Origin: an uncultured Actinomycetes bacterium
GTDB taxonomy: Bacteria; Chloroflexota; Dormibacteria; Dormibacterales; Dormibacteraceae
NCBI GenBank assembly: GCA_964529765.1
Contig: CAZHAC010000001.1
Coordinates: 1 to 57,968 of the forward strand
Direction of reading: 5' to 3'
DNA: 57,968 nt
A model generated the notes under the pieces. That model was not told the origin of the DNA and searched no databases. It saw nothing but the letters and a program-made list of their open reading frames with translations. Numbering within the stretch: position 1 is the first letter of the stretch; every line of letters begins with the position of its first letter. Below, piece after piece: positions 45,247 through 54,455 of the stretch. Both the position numbers and the translations under genes were made by a program.

Positions 45247-46238
45247 GCGTGACCCTCCCGGACCCGCTCGGCGAAGTGGCACGCCGCAACCGTCCCATCA
45301 GCGAAAGCGACCTCCGGCGGGATCACCTCGGCGCATACCTCCTGTGCCAGCGGACAGCGGGTGCGGAAGCGGCAGCCGGAGGGCAGGTCCGTGGCCGAGG
45401 GGATGTCGACACCCCTCAGCCTCTGGCGTGGTTCGAGCCGCCGGGCGGGATCGGGAACCGGGGTGGCGTCGAGCAGGGTTCGCGTATAGGGATGGGCGGG
45501 CCGGGCCAGCAGTGAGGCGGCGCGACCCTGCTCAATCACGGCACCCAGGTACATCACGATTACGCGGTCGGCGATCGCCCGCACCACTCCGAGGTCATGG
45601 GTGATGAAGAGGTAGGAGAGCCCCCGCGATTCCTTCAGCTCGCGGAGGACGCGCAGGACCTGGGCCCGGACGGAGACGTCGAGGGCCGATACCGGCTCGT
45701 CGGCCACCACCAGCCGCGGTTCCGAGGCCATGGCCCGCGCAATTCCGACCCGCTGGCGCTGCCCACCCGAGAGCTCGTGGGGCAGGCGGTGGGCGAAGGT
45801 GGCGGCCGCCAGGTCGACCTGCTCCAGCAGCTCCGCCGCCCGCCCCCGCGCGACTGATGCGGGCAGGCCGAGGTTGTACCGGAGCGGTACCTCCACGCTG
45901 GCGCCGACCGTCCGTCGCGGGTTGAGCGCAGCACCGGTGTCCTGGAAGACGACCTGCACTTCCCGCCGGTGCCGCCGGCGCTCGTCACCGCCAAGCCGGA
46001 ACAGGTCGGAGCCCCGGTAGAGCACCCGGCCGCTGGTCGGTTCGAGCAGTCCCAGCAGGATCCGGCCGAGAGTCGACTTCCCGCTGCCGCTCTCGCCGAC
46101 CAGGGCAACCGTCTCCGCCTCTCCGATCTCGATCGAGACGCGGTCGACCGCGACCAGCGGCCGGCCGCGCCGGAAGAGTCCGCCGCCGACCTGGAAGCGC
46201 CGGCTCACCGCCTCGGTCCGGAGCACCGGCTGACTCAC
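45243..46238 (-). CDS. ABC transporter ATP-binding protein (DppF/OppF type)
   Basis: GESGSGKST, LSGGQRQRV, VVADEPVSALD. Start trimmed to GTG 46238 (GTGA overlap). Confidence 0.92.
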   Translation of the reverse strand: MSQPVLRTEAVSRRFQVGGGLFRRGRPLVAVDRVSIEIGEAETVALVGESGSGKSTLGRILLGLLEPTSGRVLYRGSDLFRLGGDERRRHRREVQVVFQDTGAALNPRRTVGASVEVPLRYNLGLPASVARGRAAELLEQVDLAAATFAHRLPHELSGGQRQRVGIARAMASEPRLVVADEPVSALDVSVRAQVLRVLRELKESRGLSYLFITHDLGVVRAIADRVIVMYLGAVIEQGRAASLLARPAHPYTRTLLDATPVPDPARRLEPRQRLRGVDIPSATDLPSGCRFRTRCPLAQEVCAEVIPPEVAFADGTVAACHFAERVREGHA

Positions 46239-47224
46239 ACCCAGGCACCGGGAAGGGCCGGCTCCGACGCCCGCCAGCACGCGTCCTCTCCTCCGTCGGG
46301 CCGCCGCGTCAACGAGGGCTCGCGCGCCTGGCAGGGGTCAGGCAGGGCGAGCGGACAGCGCGGATGGAAGCGGCAACCGGCGGGCATCGAGCGGGGCTCC
46401 GGCACTCGGCCGGGGATGCTGAAGAGGTCGGCGGCCGCCGTCCCTTCGACGGCCAGCGTGCTCCGGAGCAGGCCCTGCGTGTACGGGTGGCGTGGGCTCC
46501 GAAAAAGCCGCTCCACGGAGTTCGTCTCCACGATCCGTCCCGCATACATCACGTAGACGCGGTCGCAGGCCTGGGCGACCACGCCGAGGTCGTGCGTGAT
46601 CAGGAGGATGGCTAGACCAAGCTCGTGACGAAGCCTGAGCAGCAGGTCGAGGATGCCGGCCTGGATGGTTACGTCAAGGGCCGTCGTCGGCTCGTCGGCG
46701 ATAAGAAAGTCGGGGTTCATGGCCAATGCCGCGGCGATCAGGACCCGCTGGCGCATGCCGCCGGAGAGTTCGTGCGGGTACTGGCGAGCCACGGCCGCAG
46801 CCCGCGGCAGCTCCATGAGCTCCAGCAGCTCGACCGCGCGCGAGTTAGCACCTTCGGAGCGGCCGTGAGAGCGCAGCGTCTCAGCCACCTGGTCGCCGAC
46901 CGGCATCAGGGGATCGAGATAGGTGGTCGGATCCTGGAAGATCATCGCCAGGCGAGCACCGCGGAGCTGCCGCCAGCGCGCCGGCCCGGCCGCTCGCAGG
47001 TCCTCGCCGTCGAAGCGCACCTCGCCCGAGGCGATCCTGGCCGCCATCGTCGGGAAAAGGTTCATCAGCGCAAACGCCGTCATCGACTTCCCGGAGCCCG
47101 ACTCGCCGACCAGCCCGACCACCTCGCTTCGCTCGACGGAAAGCGTCACGGCGTCGACAACGCGCAGCGGCGGCCCGCCGGCCAGCTCCACCGCCAGGTC
47201 GCGCACCTCCAGAAGCGGCGCCAT
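46235..47224 (-). CDS. ABC transporter ATP-binding protein (DppD/OppD type)
   Basis: GESGSGKS, LSGGMRQRV, LIADEPTTALD. Start trimmed to ATG 47224 (TGATG junction). Confidence 0.92.
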   Translation of the reverse strand: MAPLLEVRDLAVELAGGPPLRVVDAVTLSVERSEVVGLVGESGSGKSMTAFALMNLFPTMAARIASGEVRFDGEDLRAAGPARWRQLRGARLAMIFQDPTTYLDPLMPVGDQVAETLRSHGRSEGANSRAVELLELMELPRAAAVARQYPHELSGGMRQRVLIAAALAMNPDFLIADEPTTALDVTIQAGILDLLLRLRHELGLAILLITHDLGVVAQACDRVYVMYAGRIVETNSVERLFRSPRHPYTQGLLRSTLAVEGTAAADLFSIPGRVPEPRSMPAGCRFHPRCPLALPDPCQAREPSLTRRPDGGEDACWRASEPALPGAWV

Positions 47225-48024
47225 CACGCAGTCCTCCGCCCGCGTGGGTTGAGGACGTCGTTGAGGCCGTCGCCGGCCAGGTTGAGCGCCAGCACGAGGG
47301 CGGCGGTGGCGAGCCCGGGCCAGAAGGAGAGCCACCAGGCAACCGCCAGGTACTGCTGCCCCTGATTCAGCATGTCCCCCCAGGAGACAAAGTTGGGGTC
47401 ACCGAGTCCGAAGAAGCTGAGGCCGGTCTGGATCAGGATCGCCGAACCCACCTCCAGGGTGCCGACGACAACCACAGGCGCCAGCGCGTTCGGCAGGATC
47501 TCCTTGGTGATGATCGCCCAGTGCCCCATCCCGCCGACTCTTGCCGCCTCAACGTACTGAGCACCGCGCAGGCTCTGGAAGGCTGTCCGGACTACTCGCG
47601 ATGTCTGCGGCCAGGAGAGTATGGCGATCACGAGCACAACCTTCAGCAGTCCGGCCCCATAGATGGCGACGATGATTAGCGCGAGCACGAAGCGTGGGAC
47701 CGTCTGGAAGAACTCCGAGCATCGCATGAGGAGCGCATCGCCAAAGCCGCCGAAGTAGCCGGCCGCGGCCCCGACGAGGATTCCGATCAGGAGCGAGACC
47801 GAGGCCGCGCAGACCCCGACCAGGATCGAGACCCGGCTCCCAAACAGGAGCCGCGCCCAGATGTCACGGCCGAGGTCGTCGGTACCCAGGAGGTGTCCGT
47901 GAGAGAGGGGCGGCAGCAGCGCGTCGGGACTACCGTGCATGGGGTCGTGCCCGGCCAGCAGGGGCGCGGCGAGCGCCGCCAGCGCGACCAGCCCAACGAA
48001 CGTGCTCGCGGCAGCCGTCCTCAC
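47224..48024 (-). CDS. ABC transporter permease (DppC/OppC type)
   Basis: HLLGTDDLGRDIWARLLFGSRVS, YVEAARVGGMGHWAIITKEILPN. Confidence 0.9.
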   Translation of the reverse strand: MRTAAASTFVGLVALAALAAPLLAGHDPMHGSPDALLPPLSHGHLLGTDDLGRDIWARLLFGSRVSILVGVCAASVSLLIGILVGAAAGYFGGFGDALLMRCSEFFQTVPRFVLALIIVAIYGAGLLKVVLVIAILSWPQTSRVVRTAFQSLRGAQYVEAARVGGMGHWAIITKEILPNALAPVVVVGTLEVGSAILIQTGLSFFGLGDPNFVSWGDMLNQGQQYLAVAWWLSFWPGLATAALVLALNLAGDGLNDVLNPRGRRTA

Positions 48025-49001
48025 CGCCGTCGCAGCCTGGGGTCGATGAAGGCCTGCACGATGTCGGTCGCCAGGTTGGCAAGGACGACCGTGATCGAGA
48101 TGAAGAGCAGGATCGCGGTCATGGTCGGGTAGTCGCGCCGGGAGATCGAACCGAAAAGGAGGAGTCCGATTCCGGGCCAGCCGAAAACCGCCTCGATCAG
48201 GGCGGAGCCGGCGAGCAGGAAGCCCAGGTTGTAGCCGATGACAGTCACGACCGGCGCCGCAGCGTTGCGGAGCGCGTGACCGAACAAGACGGCTGTCCGC
48301 GAGGCGCCACGGGAGCGGGCGGCAAGGATGTAGTCGGAGCCGAGCACCTCCAGCATGCTCGTACGGGTCAGCCGCGAGATCAGCGCCAGGTATCGGAAAG
48401 AGAGCGCGAGGGCGGGCAGCACAAGATGGCGGGCGCCGTCGACGAAGCCTGCAAACCCAGTCTCTTGGAGGCGGATCGAGTGACTCCCCTGCGCCGGCAG
48501 CCAGCCCAGGGAGAGGGCGAAAACCAGGATGAGGACCTGTCCGAGCCAGAACTCAGGTACCGAGTAGCCGCCCAGGGAGACTGCCTGCACAGCGGAGTCG
48601 AGCAGTCTCCCGGGCCGCGCGGCCGCCAGCACACCAAAGAGGACTCCAAGCAAGACGGCCAGCCCGATCGCGGTCAGGGTCAGCTCGACCGTCGCGCCCA
48701 CCCGCTCCCCAATCAGCGAGAGCACCGGCTGGCGGTTGGCGAATGAGTAGCCGAAGTTGAGGTGGGCCAGCTGCTCCAGGTAGCGGACGAGGCGGACGGG
48801 GAGCGGCTGGTCGAGCCCGAACTCATGGCGTACCTCCTGCACGTAGGCCGGCGGGGCGGGATAGTCACCGACCAGGACGGTCACCGGGTCGCCAGGCGCG
48901 AGCTGGATGAGGAGGAAGTTGACGACCACAACCGCCAGCAGCAGCGGCAGGGCCAGGACGAGCCGGCGGCCCGCGAAGGCCGCCAGCTCAGAAAGTCTCA
49001 T
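48021..49001 (-). CDS. ABC transporter permease (DppB/OppB type)
   Basis: Hydrophobic multi-span protein. EAA region YILAARSRGASRTAVLFGHALRNA. Confidence 0.9.
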   Translation of the reverse strand: MRLSELAAFAGRRLVLALPLLLAVVVVNFLLIQLAPGDPVTVLVGDYPAPPAYVQEVRHEFGLDQPLPVRLVRYLEQLAHLNFGYSFANRQPVLSLIGERVGATVELTLTAIGLAVLLGVLFGVLAAARPGRLLDSAVQAVSLGGYSVPEFWLGQVLILVFALSLGWLPAQGSHSIRLQETGFAGFVDGARHLVLPALALSFRYLALISRLTRTSMLEVLGSDYILAARSRGASRTAVLFGHALRNAAAPVVTVIGYNLGFLLAGSALIEAVFGWPGIGLLLFGSISRRDYPTMTAILLFISITVVLANLATDIVQAFIDPRLRRR

Positions 49002-49010
49002 CGGTGACGC

Positions 49011-50618
49011 TCAGGCCGCGATCGAGACGTCCCCCCAACGATCTCGGGAGTCGATCGAGTGCCAGAGACCGCTCAGCTTCTTGGAAGCGAAGTCGATACC
49101 CGCCTCGTCGAAGAGGACCAGCGAGGGAACGTCCTTGTTGAGGATGACCTGGAGCTGTTTGTAGTCGGCGGCGCGCTGGGCCTGGGAGGGCTCGGTAGCG
49201 GCCCGGTCGAGGAGGGAGTCGACCTGTGGGTTGGAGTAGCCGGAGGCGTTGGTGAACTGGGCGGTCCCGTTGGTCGTCACGTAGAGGCGGTGGTAGCCGA
49301 TGGCCGGGTCGCCACTGGAAACGAAGGACTGGAGCGTGAGATCGAAGTCCTTCTGCACGAACACCTTCTGGATCATGACCGAGCGCTCGAGTGGGACCAG
49401 GTCCACGACCAGACCGATCTGGCTCAGCTCGTCCTTGATGATCTGCGAACCGGATACGAACTGCGGCCGCGCGGAGTCGTAGACCAGGCTCAGGTGCGTG
49501 CCGGAGGCAATCCCGGCAGTCGCCAGCAGCGACTTCGCCTTCTGCGGATCGTAGGGATAGAGCTTCGAGTAGCTGACGTCCTTGTTGACGAGCCACGGAA
49601 AGCCGTCGCCGAAGGCGCCGGCGCCTGGCCGTCCAAGGCCGTTCATCGTCTGCTTGACCAGAGTGTCGCGGTTGATCGCGAAAGCGAGCGCCTGCCGAGC
49701 CTCGGGGTTGGCGAGGGCCGCATGGCGCGTGTTCATCATCAGGAAGTCGATCGCCGGCGTGCCCTGGCCGGTCTTCGACTGCAGCTTGCCGTCCGCCTTC
49801 AGGCGAGCCAGGTCAGCTTTCGGCAGGTAGAAGTCGGCGACGAAGTCGACCTCTCCGGTCTCGAGGCCGTTCGATCGGTTGGCGGGCTGAGGCACGACCT
49901 GGAAGATGACCGAGTCGAGGGCGGGCCGCTTGCCCCAGTAGGAGTTGTTGCGAACGACCTTCAGGCTCGAGCCGTGGTTCCACTCAGAGAACTGGAAGGG
50001 CCCGGTCCCGATCGGCTTCAGGTTGGCCGCGTTCGTCTTGACGTCGGTGCCCTGGTAGACGTGGGCCGGCAGGATCGGGGCGTCGAAGACGGAGAGGCCG
50101 TTCGGGAAGGGCGCGTATGGCTTGGTCAGGGTGAAGACCGCGGTCTGGGCATCGGGCGCGCTGACCTGGAGGCCCAGGCTCTTGATGGTGTTCGCCGTGC
50201 GCGGATGGAACTTCGCTAGGACCTCGTCGAAGGTGTACTTGACGTCCGCGCTCGAGAAGCTCTGACCGTCCTGCCACTTCACACCCTGCCGGAGCTTGAA
50301 GGTGTACGTCTTGCCGTCCGAGGAGGCCGTCCAGCTGGTCGCCAGGGCCGGTTGCGGAGTGAAGGTGGAGTCGAGCCAGACCAGGCCTTCGAAGATCTTG
50401 GAGCCGACGTCGCCGGCCGAGTAGCCCGTGGTCATGCCGAGGTTCAGGGTGTCAGGGTCGGAGTCGATGGCGACCACCGCGCTCCCGCCGGTGCTCGGGG
50501 TGGAGCCGCCGCTCGAGTTGTTGCCGCAGGCTGCTACCGCCAGCAGGAGTAGCGCCGCAACCGCCGCGAACCTGCCTGCGCTTTTCGAGCGGCGGGACTG
50601 GTGGTTGGGTCTCGGCAT
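49011..50618 (-). CDS. ABC transporter substrate-binding lipoprotein, family 5
   Basis: Signal peptide with lipobox LAVAACG. 535 aa, upstream of the DppBCDF-like genes. Confidence 0.88.
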   Translation of the reverse strand: MPRPNHQSRRSKSAGRFAAVAALLLLAVAACGNNSSGGSTPSTGGSAVVAIDSDPDTLNLGMTTGYSAGDVGSKIFEGLVWLDSTFTPQPALATSWTASSDGKTYTFKLRQGVKWQDGQSFSSADVKYTFDEVLAKFHPRTANTIKSLGLQVSAPDAQTAVFTLTKPYAPFPNGLSVFDAPILPAHVYQGTDVKTNAANLKPIGTGPFQFSEWNHGSSLKVVRNNSYWGKRPALDSVIFQVVPQPANRSNGLETGEVDFVADFYLPKADLARLKADGKLQSKTGQGTPAIDFLMMNTRHAALANPEARQALAFAINRDTLVKQTMNGLGRPGAGAFGDGFPWLVNKDVSYSKLYPYDPQKAKSLLATAGIASGTHLSLVYDSARPQFVSGSQIIKDELSQIGLVVDLVPLERSVMIQKVFVQKDFDLTLQSFVSSGDPAIGYHRLYVTTNGTAQFTNASGYSNPQVDSLLDRAATEPSQAQRAADYKQLQVILNKDVPSLVLFDEAGIDFASKKLSGLWHSIDSRDRWGDVSIAA

Positions 50619-50630
50619 CGGTTGTCCTCC

Positions 50631-51752
50631 TTAGTGCCCTGAGGCTTCGTTCGGCGGAGCCAGCAGCTCCCGCTGCAAACTGTCGATCTCGGCTTCGAAT
50701 TCAGCCCGGACCCGTCGCTTCTCGCTCGCATCGAGCCACGAGCCTTCGATCCCGTTCAGGCAGATCTGGCGGATCTTGGCGGGCGGAAGCCCGAGTTCGA
50801 GGCCGGCGATCACGTACTCGTCGGAAAGGGTGGTCGGGAACATGGCCGGGTCGTCCGAACCGAGGCTCACTCGGAGACCTTCGGCGACCATCGTCTTGAT
50901 TGACTCGCGCCGCCATGGCTGCCAGGCACGGCGCGAAGTGGTGAAGATGGTCGTGAAGACAACGCCCTGCTCCCGGCAGCGCGCGACCACCGCCTCGTCC
51001 TCGAGTACGAAGTAGCCATGGTCGATCCGCTCGCACTGCAGGAGGTCGAGGCAGGTGAGGATGTTGCGGGCCGAGGGATCGTGCTCAGCGGCATGGGCGG
51101 TCCGGTGGAGACCGGCGCCGGCAGCCAGCGCGTACGCCTCCACGAACTTCTCGGGCGGCCCCGCCAGCTCGAAGTTCTCGAGACCGATCCCGATCACCTC
51201 CGGGCGCGGGTTGGCGATCATCGCCTTGACCAGGTCAGTCGCAGCCTGGGCGCTGTCCGCGCGGTTGATCCCGGCGATCAGCCGGCACGGGATCCCGAAG
51301 TCGCGTTCCGCGGCGCGAACGCCCTCCACCAGCCCGTCCACGATGGCTCGATAGCCGGTCCCGTAGGCCGCGTAGAGCGTGGGCTCGAAGAACATCTCCC
51401 GGTAGCGGAGGTTGTCGGCGACCCCGTCCTCCACCGACTCGTAAGCGATGCGCGCGAAATCCTCCTCATCGCGGACGACCGCCGCGAACCATTCGGAGAC
51501 CTCGAGCAGCGAGTAGGCGGGATCGGAGTCGTCGTCGGGACTGGCCGCCGGCAGCGGGATCCGAGTGTTCCGGTAGCGGTCGTCGGTGGCCGGTCGCGAG
51601 TTGATGTGCTCGTAGACATGGACCGGATCGGCAGGCAAGCTGACGCCATGCTTGCGGGCGAGCTCGGCGAGGGTCGTGGCACGGGTGGCGCCCAAGAGGT
51701 GGCAGTGCAGCTCGACCTTCGGGATTGCGCGCAGAAATTGCTCGTAGCTCAG
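50631..51752 (-). CDS. Adenosine/adenine deaminase family protein; 5-prime end unresolved
   Basis: GLHRTAHAAEHD and SLGSDDPAMF are ADA-family motifs. The metal-binding PKVELHCHL (His codons at 51699-51707) lies upstream of the first ATG/GTG/TTG in frame (TTG 51695). The end coordinate uses an in-frame CTG at 51752 as a placeholder. Confidence 0.75.
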   Translation of the reverse strand: MSYEQFLRAIPKVELHCHLLGATRATTLAELARKHGVSLPADPVHVYEHINSRPATDDRYRNTRIPLPAASPDDDSDPAYSLLEVSEWFAAVVRDEEDFARIAYESVEDGVADNLRYREMFFEPTLYAAYGTGYRAIVDGLVEGVRAAERDFGIPCRLIAGINRADSAQAATDLVKAMIANPRPEVIGIGLENFELAGPPEKFVEAYALAAGAGLHRTAHAAEHDPSARNILTCLDLLQCERIDHGYFVLEDEAVVARCREQGVVFTTIFTTSRRAWQPWRRESIKTMVAEGLRVSLGSDDPAMFPTTLSDEYVIAGLELGLPPAKIRQICLNGIEGSWLDASEKRRVRAEFEAEIDSLQRELLAPPNEASGH

Positions 51753-51763
51753 GGTCCAGATAG

Positions 51764-51783
51764 TATGACGTCATAGGACGTCC
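51764..51783. promoter_or_regulatory. Two abutting palindromes, each centred on GACGTC (TATGACGTCATA + GGACGTCC)
   Basis: Perfect 12-bp and 8-bp palindromes in the short divergent gap between the deaminase gene and the GntR/HutC gene. Confidence 0.5.
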
Positions 51784-51799
51784 TACTACGCAGCGAAGC

Positions 51800-52573
51800 T
51801 TGGCCGAGAGCGGCGTGGACCGGTCGAGTCCTGTGGCCCTCTATCGCCAGATCGCTGACGACCTCGCCGGTGCGATAGGCAGCCGCTACCTCCCGGGCGA
51901 CCGCCTTCCCTCGGAGCCGGAGCTGATGCGTTCGTACGGAGTCAGCCGGATCACGGTCAGGCAGGCGACGGCGAACCTGGTCGAACGGGGCCTCCTAGTG
52001 CGGGGCGCCGGCAAGGGCACCTTTGTCAGCACGCAGAGGGTGCGCCAGGACCTGCGTTCGCTGACCGCCTTCCGCGACGTGCTCAGCGCCCAGGGACTTC
52101 AGCCAGAAACCCGGTTGGCGGAATTCGGCCGCCGCGAGGCGCCGGACAGTCTTCGGAGCGCGCTGCGGCTGGGGGACGGTCATGCCCTCTACTTCCGCCG
52201 CGTCTTCTCCCTTGACGGGGCCGCGGTGGCCGCGACCGAAGTTCACCTGCCGCCCGCGCTGGTCCCGCTCGTCAGCCGCGCAGACGCCGAGAAGCTGGCC
52301 TCTCACGAGATCCTGGAACGCTTCGGCGGAATCCGCATCGAGCATGCCGAACTCACGGTCAAGGTTGCGACCGCCGTCGTCGAGCTGGCTGACGACCTGG
52401 GCGTCGAGCCCGGGAGCGCACTCCTGCTCTCGGAGAGACTCTCCTTCACCGGCGACGGCCTGCCCGTCGAGCACAGCTCACTCTTCCTCCGGCCGGAGGT
52501 CGGAGAGTTCGGGCTCAGCGTCCGCCACGGAACGTCGCTGAGGCCGATGATCCGGACTTCGGAGCCAAGTTGA
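51800..52573 (+). CDS. GntR-family regulator, HutC subfamily (UTRA effector domain)
   Basis: ALYRQIADDL...LPSEPELMRSYGVSRITVRQATANLVERGLLVRGAGKGTFV winged helix plus a ~150-aa C-terminal domain. Start TTG 51800 or GTG 51815. Confidence 0.88.
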   Translation: MAESGVDRSSPVALYRQIADDLAGAIGSRYLPGDRLPSEPELMRSYGVSRITVRQATANLVERGLLVRGAGKGTFVSTQRVRQDLRSLTAFRDVLSAQGLQPETRLAEFGRREAPDSLRSALRLGDGHALYFRRVFSLDGAAVAATEVHLPPALVPLVSRADAEKLASHEILERFGGIRIEHAELTVKVATAVVELADDLGVEPGSALLLSERLSFTGDGLPVEHSSLFLRPEVGEFGLSVRHGTSLRPMIRTSEPS

Positions 52574-53829
52574 GGTTCGACGCGGTGGCGCTCCGGCGCG
52601 ATCTGCACCGCCACCCTGAGCTCGGCCTGACTGAATTCCGGACCGCGTCGATAGTTGCCTCGGGGCTGCGGACTCTCGGCTACGAGGTGCGGTTGGGGGC
52701 CGAGGTCATGGCCGCTGACGCGATGGTCGGGGTCCCGAGCACCGAGGAGCTGGCGGCCGCTAAAGCCAGGGCGATTGCCGAGGGCGCCAACAGAGACCTG
52801 GTGGAGGCGATGGACGGCGGGCGGACCGGCGTGGTGGGCGTGCTGGAGGGCGCGCGGCCGGGGCCAACCGTCGCCTTCCGCTTCGACCTAGACGCGCTTC
52901 CCATTCAGGAGGCTGGCGAGGCTTCACACGCGCCGGCCGCGGCGGGCTTCGCCTCGGCGCATCCGGGGATCATGCATGCCTGCGGGCATGACGGCCACAC
53001 GGCCTCCGGCCTCGCCCTGGCCGAGCGGCTGGCCGGGCGCGACTTCTCCGGCCGTCTGAAGCTGATCTTCCAGCCTGCGGAGGAGGGCGGCCGCGGGGCG
53101 GCGCCGATGGTGGCGGCCGGGGTGGTCGACGACGTCGACCGGCTCTTCTGTTACCACCTGGGCCTCGGCTTCCCGCTGGGGACGTTCTGCGGTGGAGTGA
53201 CAGGATTTCTCGCCACCACCAAACTCGAAGCGATTTTCCATGGCGTCGAGGCGCACGCGGGGATGGCACCCGAAAAGGGGGTGAACGCGCTCCTCGCGGC
53301 CTGCACGGCCACGTTGAACCTGCATGCGATGCCGCCCTTTGGCAGCGGACCCACCCGCATCAACGTAGGCGTGCTTACTGGAGGCACGGCAACCAACATC
53401 GTCCCCGGCGAGGCGCGGCTGCGCCTGGAGACGAGGGCCCATTCCGGTGAAACCAACCTGGAGCTGGAGAGGCGGGCCCGAAGGGTGCTCGCAGGAGCGG
53501 CTGAGATGTACGGCGCGCGTGTGGACGTGAGCGTCCGGGGCGCCGCCACCGATTTCGAGTGCAGCCCGGAGCTGGCGGAGCTCGCCTGCCAGGAGGCCCA
53601 GTTATCGGGGCTCTTCGATGAGTGTCGGTTCATCGAGGAGACAAGCGGCAGCGAGGACGCCGGATTCCTGATCAAACGGGTCCAGGAAAAGGGCGGTCAG
53701 GCGACGTACATGATGGTGCCCTGCCCCTTACCTTCGCCCCATCACAGCCCTCGCTTCGATATCGAGGAGGAGTCGATCGGGCTCGCGGTCGAGCTGCTCG
53801 AGCGAGTCGCCAGGCGCTGCCTGCGCTGA
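52570..53829 (+). CDS. M20D-family amidohydrolase (aminoacylase/hippurate-hydrolase type)
   Basis: LRRDLHRHPELGLTEFRTA, MHACGHDGH, IFQPAEEGG. Confidence 0.88.
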   Translation: MRFDAVALRRDLHRHPELGLTEFRTASIVASGLRTLGYEVRLGAEVMAADAMVGVPSTEELAAAKARAIAEGANRDLVEAMDGGRTGVVGVLEGARPGPTVAFRFDLDALPIQEAGEASHAPAAAGFASAHPGIMHACGHDGHTASGLALAERLAGRDFSGRLKLIFQPAEEGGRGAAPMVAAGVVDDVDRLFCYHLGLGFPLGTFCGGVTGFLATTKLEAIFHGVEAHAGMAPEKGVNALLAACTATLNLHAMPPFGSGPTRINVGVLTGGTATNIVPGEARLRLETRAHSGETNLELERRARRVLAGAAEMYGARVDVSVRGAATDFECSPELAELACQEAQLSGLFDECRFIEETSGSEDAGFLIKRVQEKGGQATYMMVPCPLPSPHHSPRFDIEEESIGLAVELLERVARRCLR

Positions 53830-54068
53830 CCGGCGATCACGAGAGGATCTGAGACCCCCACCGCGGGCAGTCGCCGGCCACCTGCGGACGGGCCGTGCCG
53901 GCTCTGGAGCTCGAGGCGAGAGCCCTCGCGCCAACGGAGCCGATTTCGATATAGGTGAGCAACCGAGCTGCTTCGCGCGCCCGCGTCATTAATATCGCTC
54001 TATCTGTCCAGGCGAGCTCGAGATCACGCTCGTCGATCATGTGTTGTTACGGCTCGCGATGTCGCAAG

Positions 54069-54455
54069 TTACAGCCGGATCACTTCCAGCTCGTCAAACA
54101 CGTCGAAGTCGGAGTCCTGGGTGCAGACCGGCACGCCCTGCGTCCGCGCTGTCGCGGCGATCCAAGTATCTTGAATCTTCGGCCTTGTGCCGCGTCGACG
54201 GGCAACCGCGACCAGTTCCGCGAAGGCCGCGGCCACCGGCTCATCGATCGGTAGCGCCGCGTAAGTGGAGTGGACGCTCGTGAGCGTGGCCATGCGACGT
54301 GCGCGCGTGGCCTCATCCGCAGCAAGGTGAACACCCAGCATCAGCTCCGCCAAGGTGACGACCGACAGGGCTGCCTCGTCCGGCAACCTGGCGACGTCTA
54401 GCGAACGCCCTTGCTCTGACGCAATGAAGATCGATGTGTCGAGGATCGCCCTCAT
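54069..54455 (-). CDS. vapC: PIN-domain toxin (VapC type)
   Basis: ILDTSIFI (first acidic residue), TLAELM, IAATA and CTQDSDF. 128 aa, with a 4-nt overlap with the antitoxin gene. Confidence 0.88.
   Translation of the reverse strand: MRAILDTSIFIASEQGRSLDVARLPDEAALSVVTLAELMLGVHLAADEATRARRMATLTSVHSTYAALPIDEPVAAAFAELVAVARRRGTRPKIQDTWIAATARTQGVPVCTQDSDFDVFDELEVIRL

Noticed and set aside
53837-54040. 67-aa minus-strand ORF (MIDERDLELAWTDRAILMTRAREAARLL...) downstream of vapC, and the overlapping plus-strand ORFs 53955-54254 and 54041-54283.
   Set aside because: No recognisable family and no ribosome-binding site. It lies in an AT-richer spacer, and its C-terminal half is low-complexity. It could be a gene remnant, but this is unsupported.
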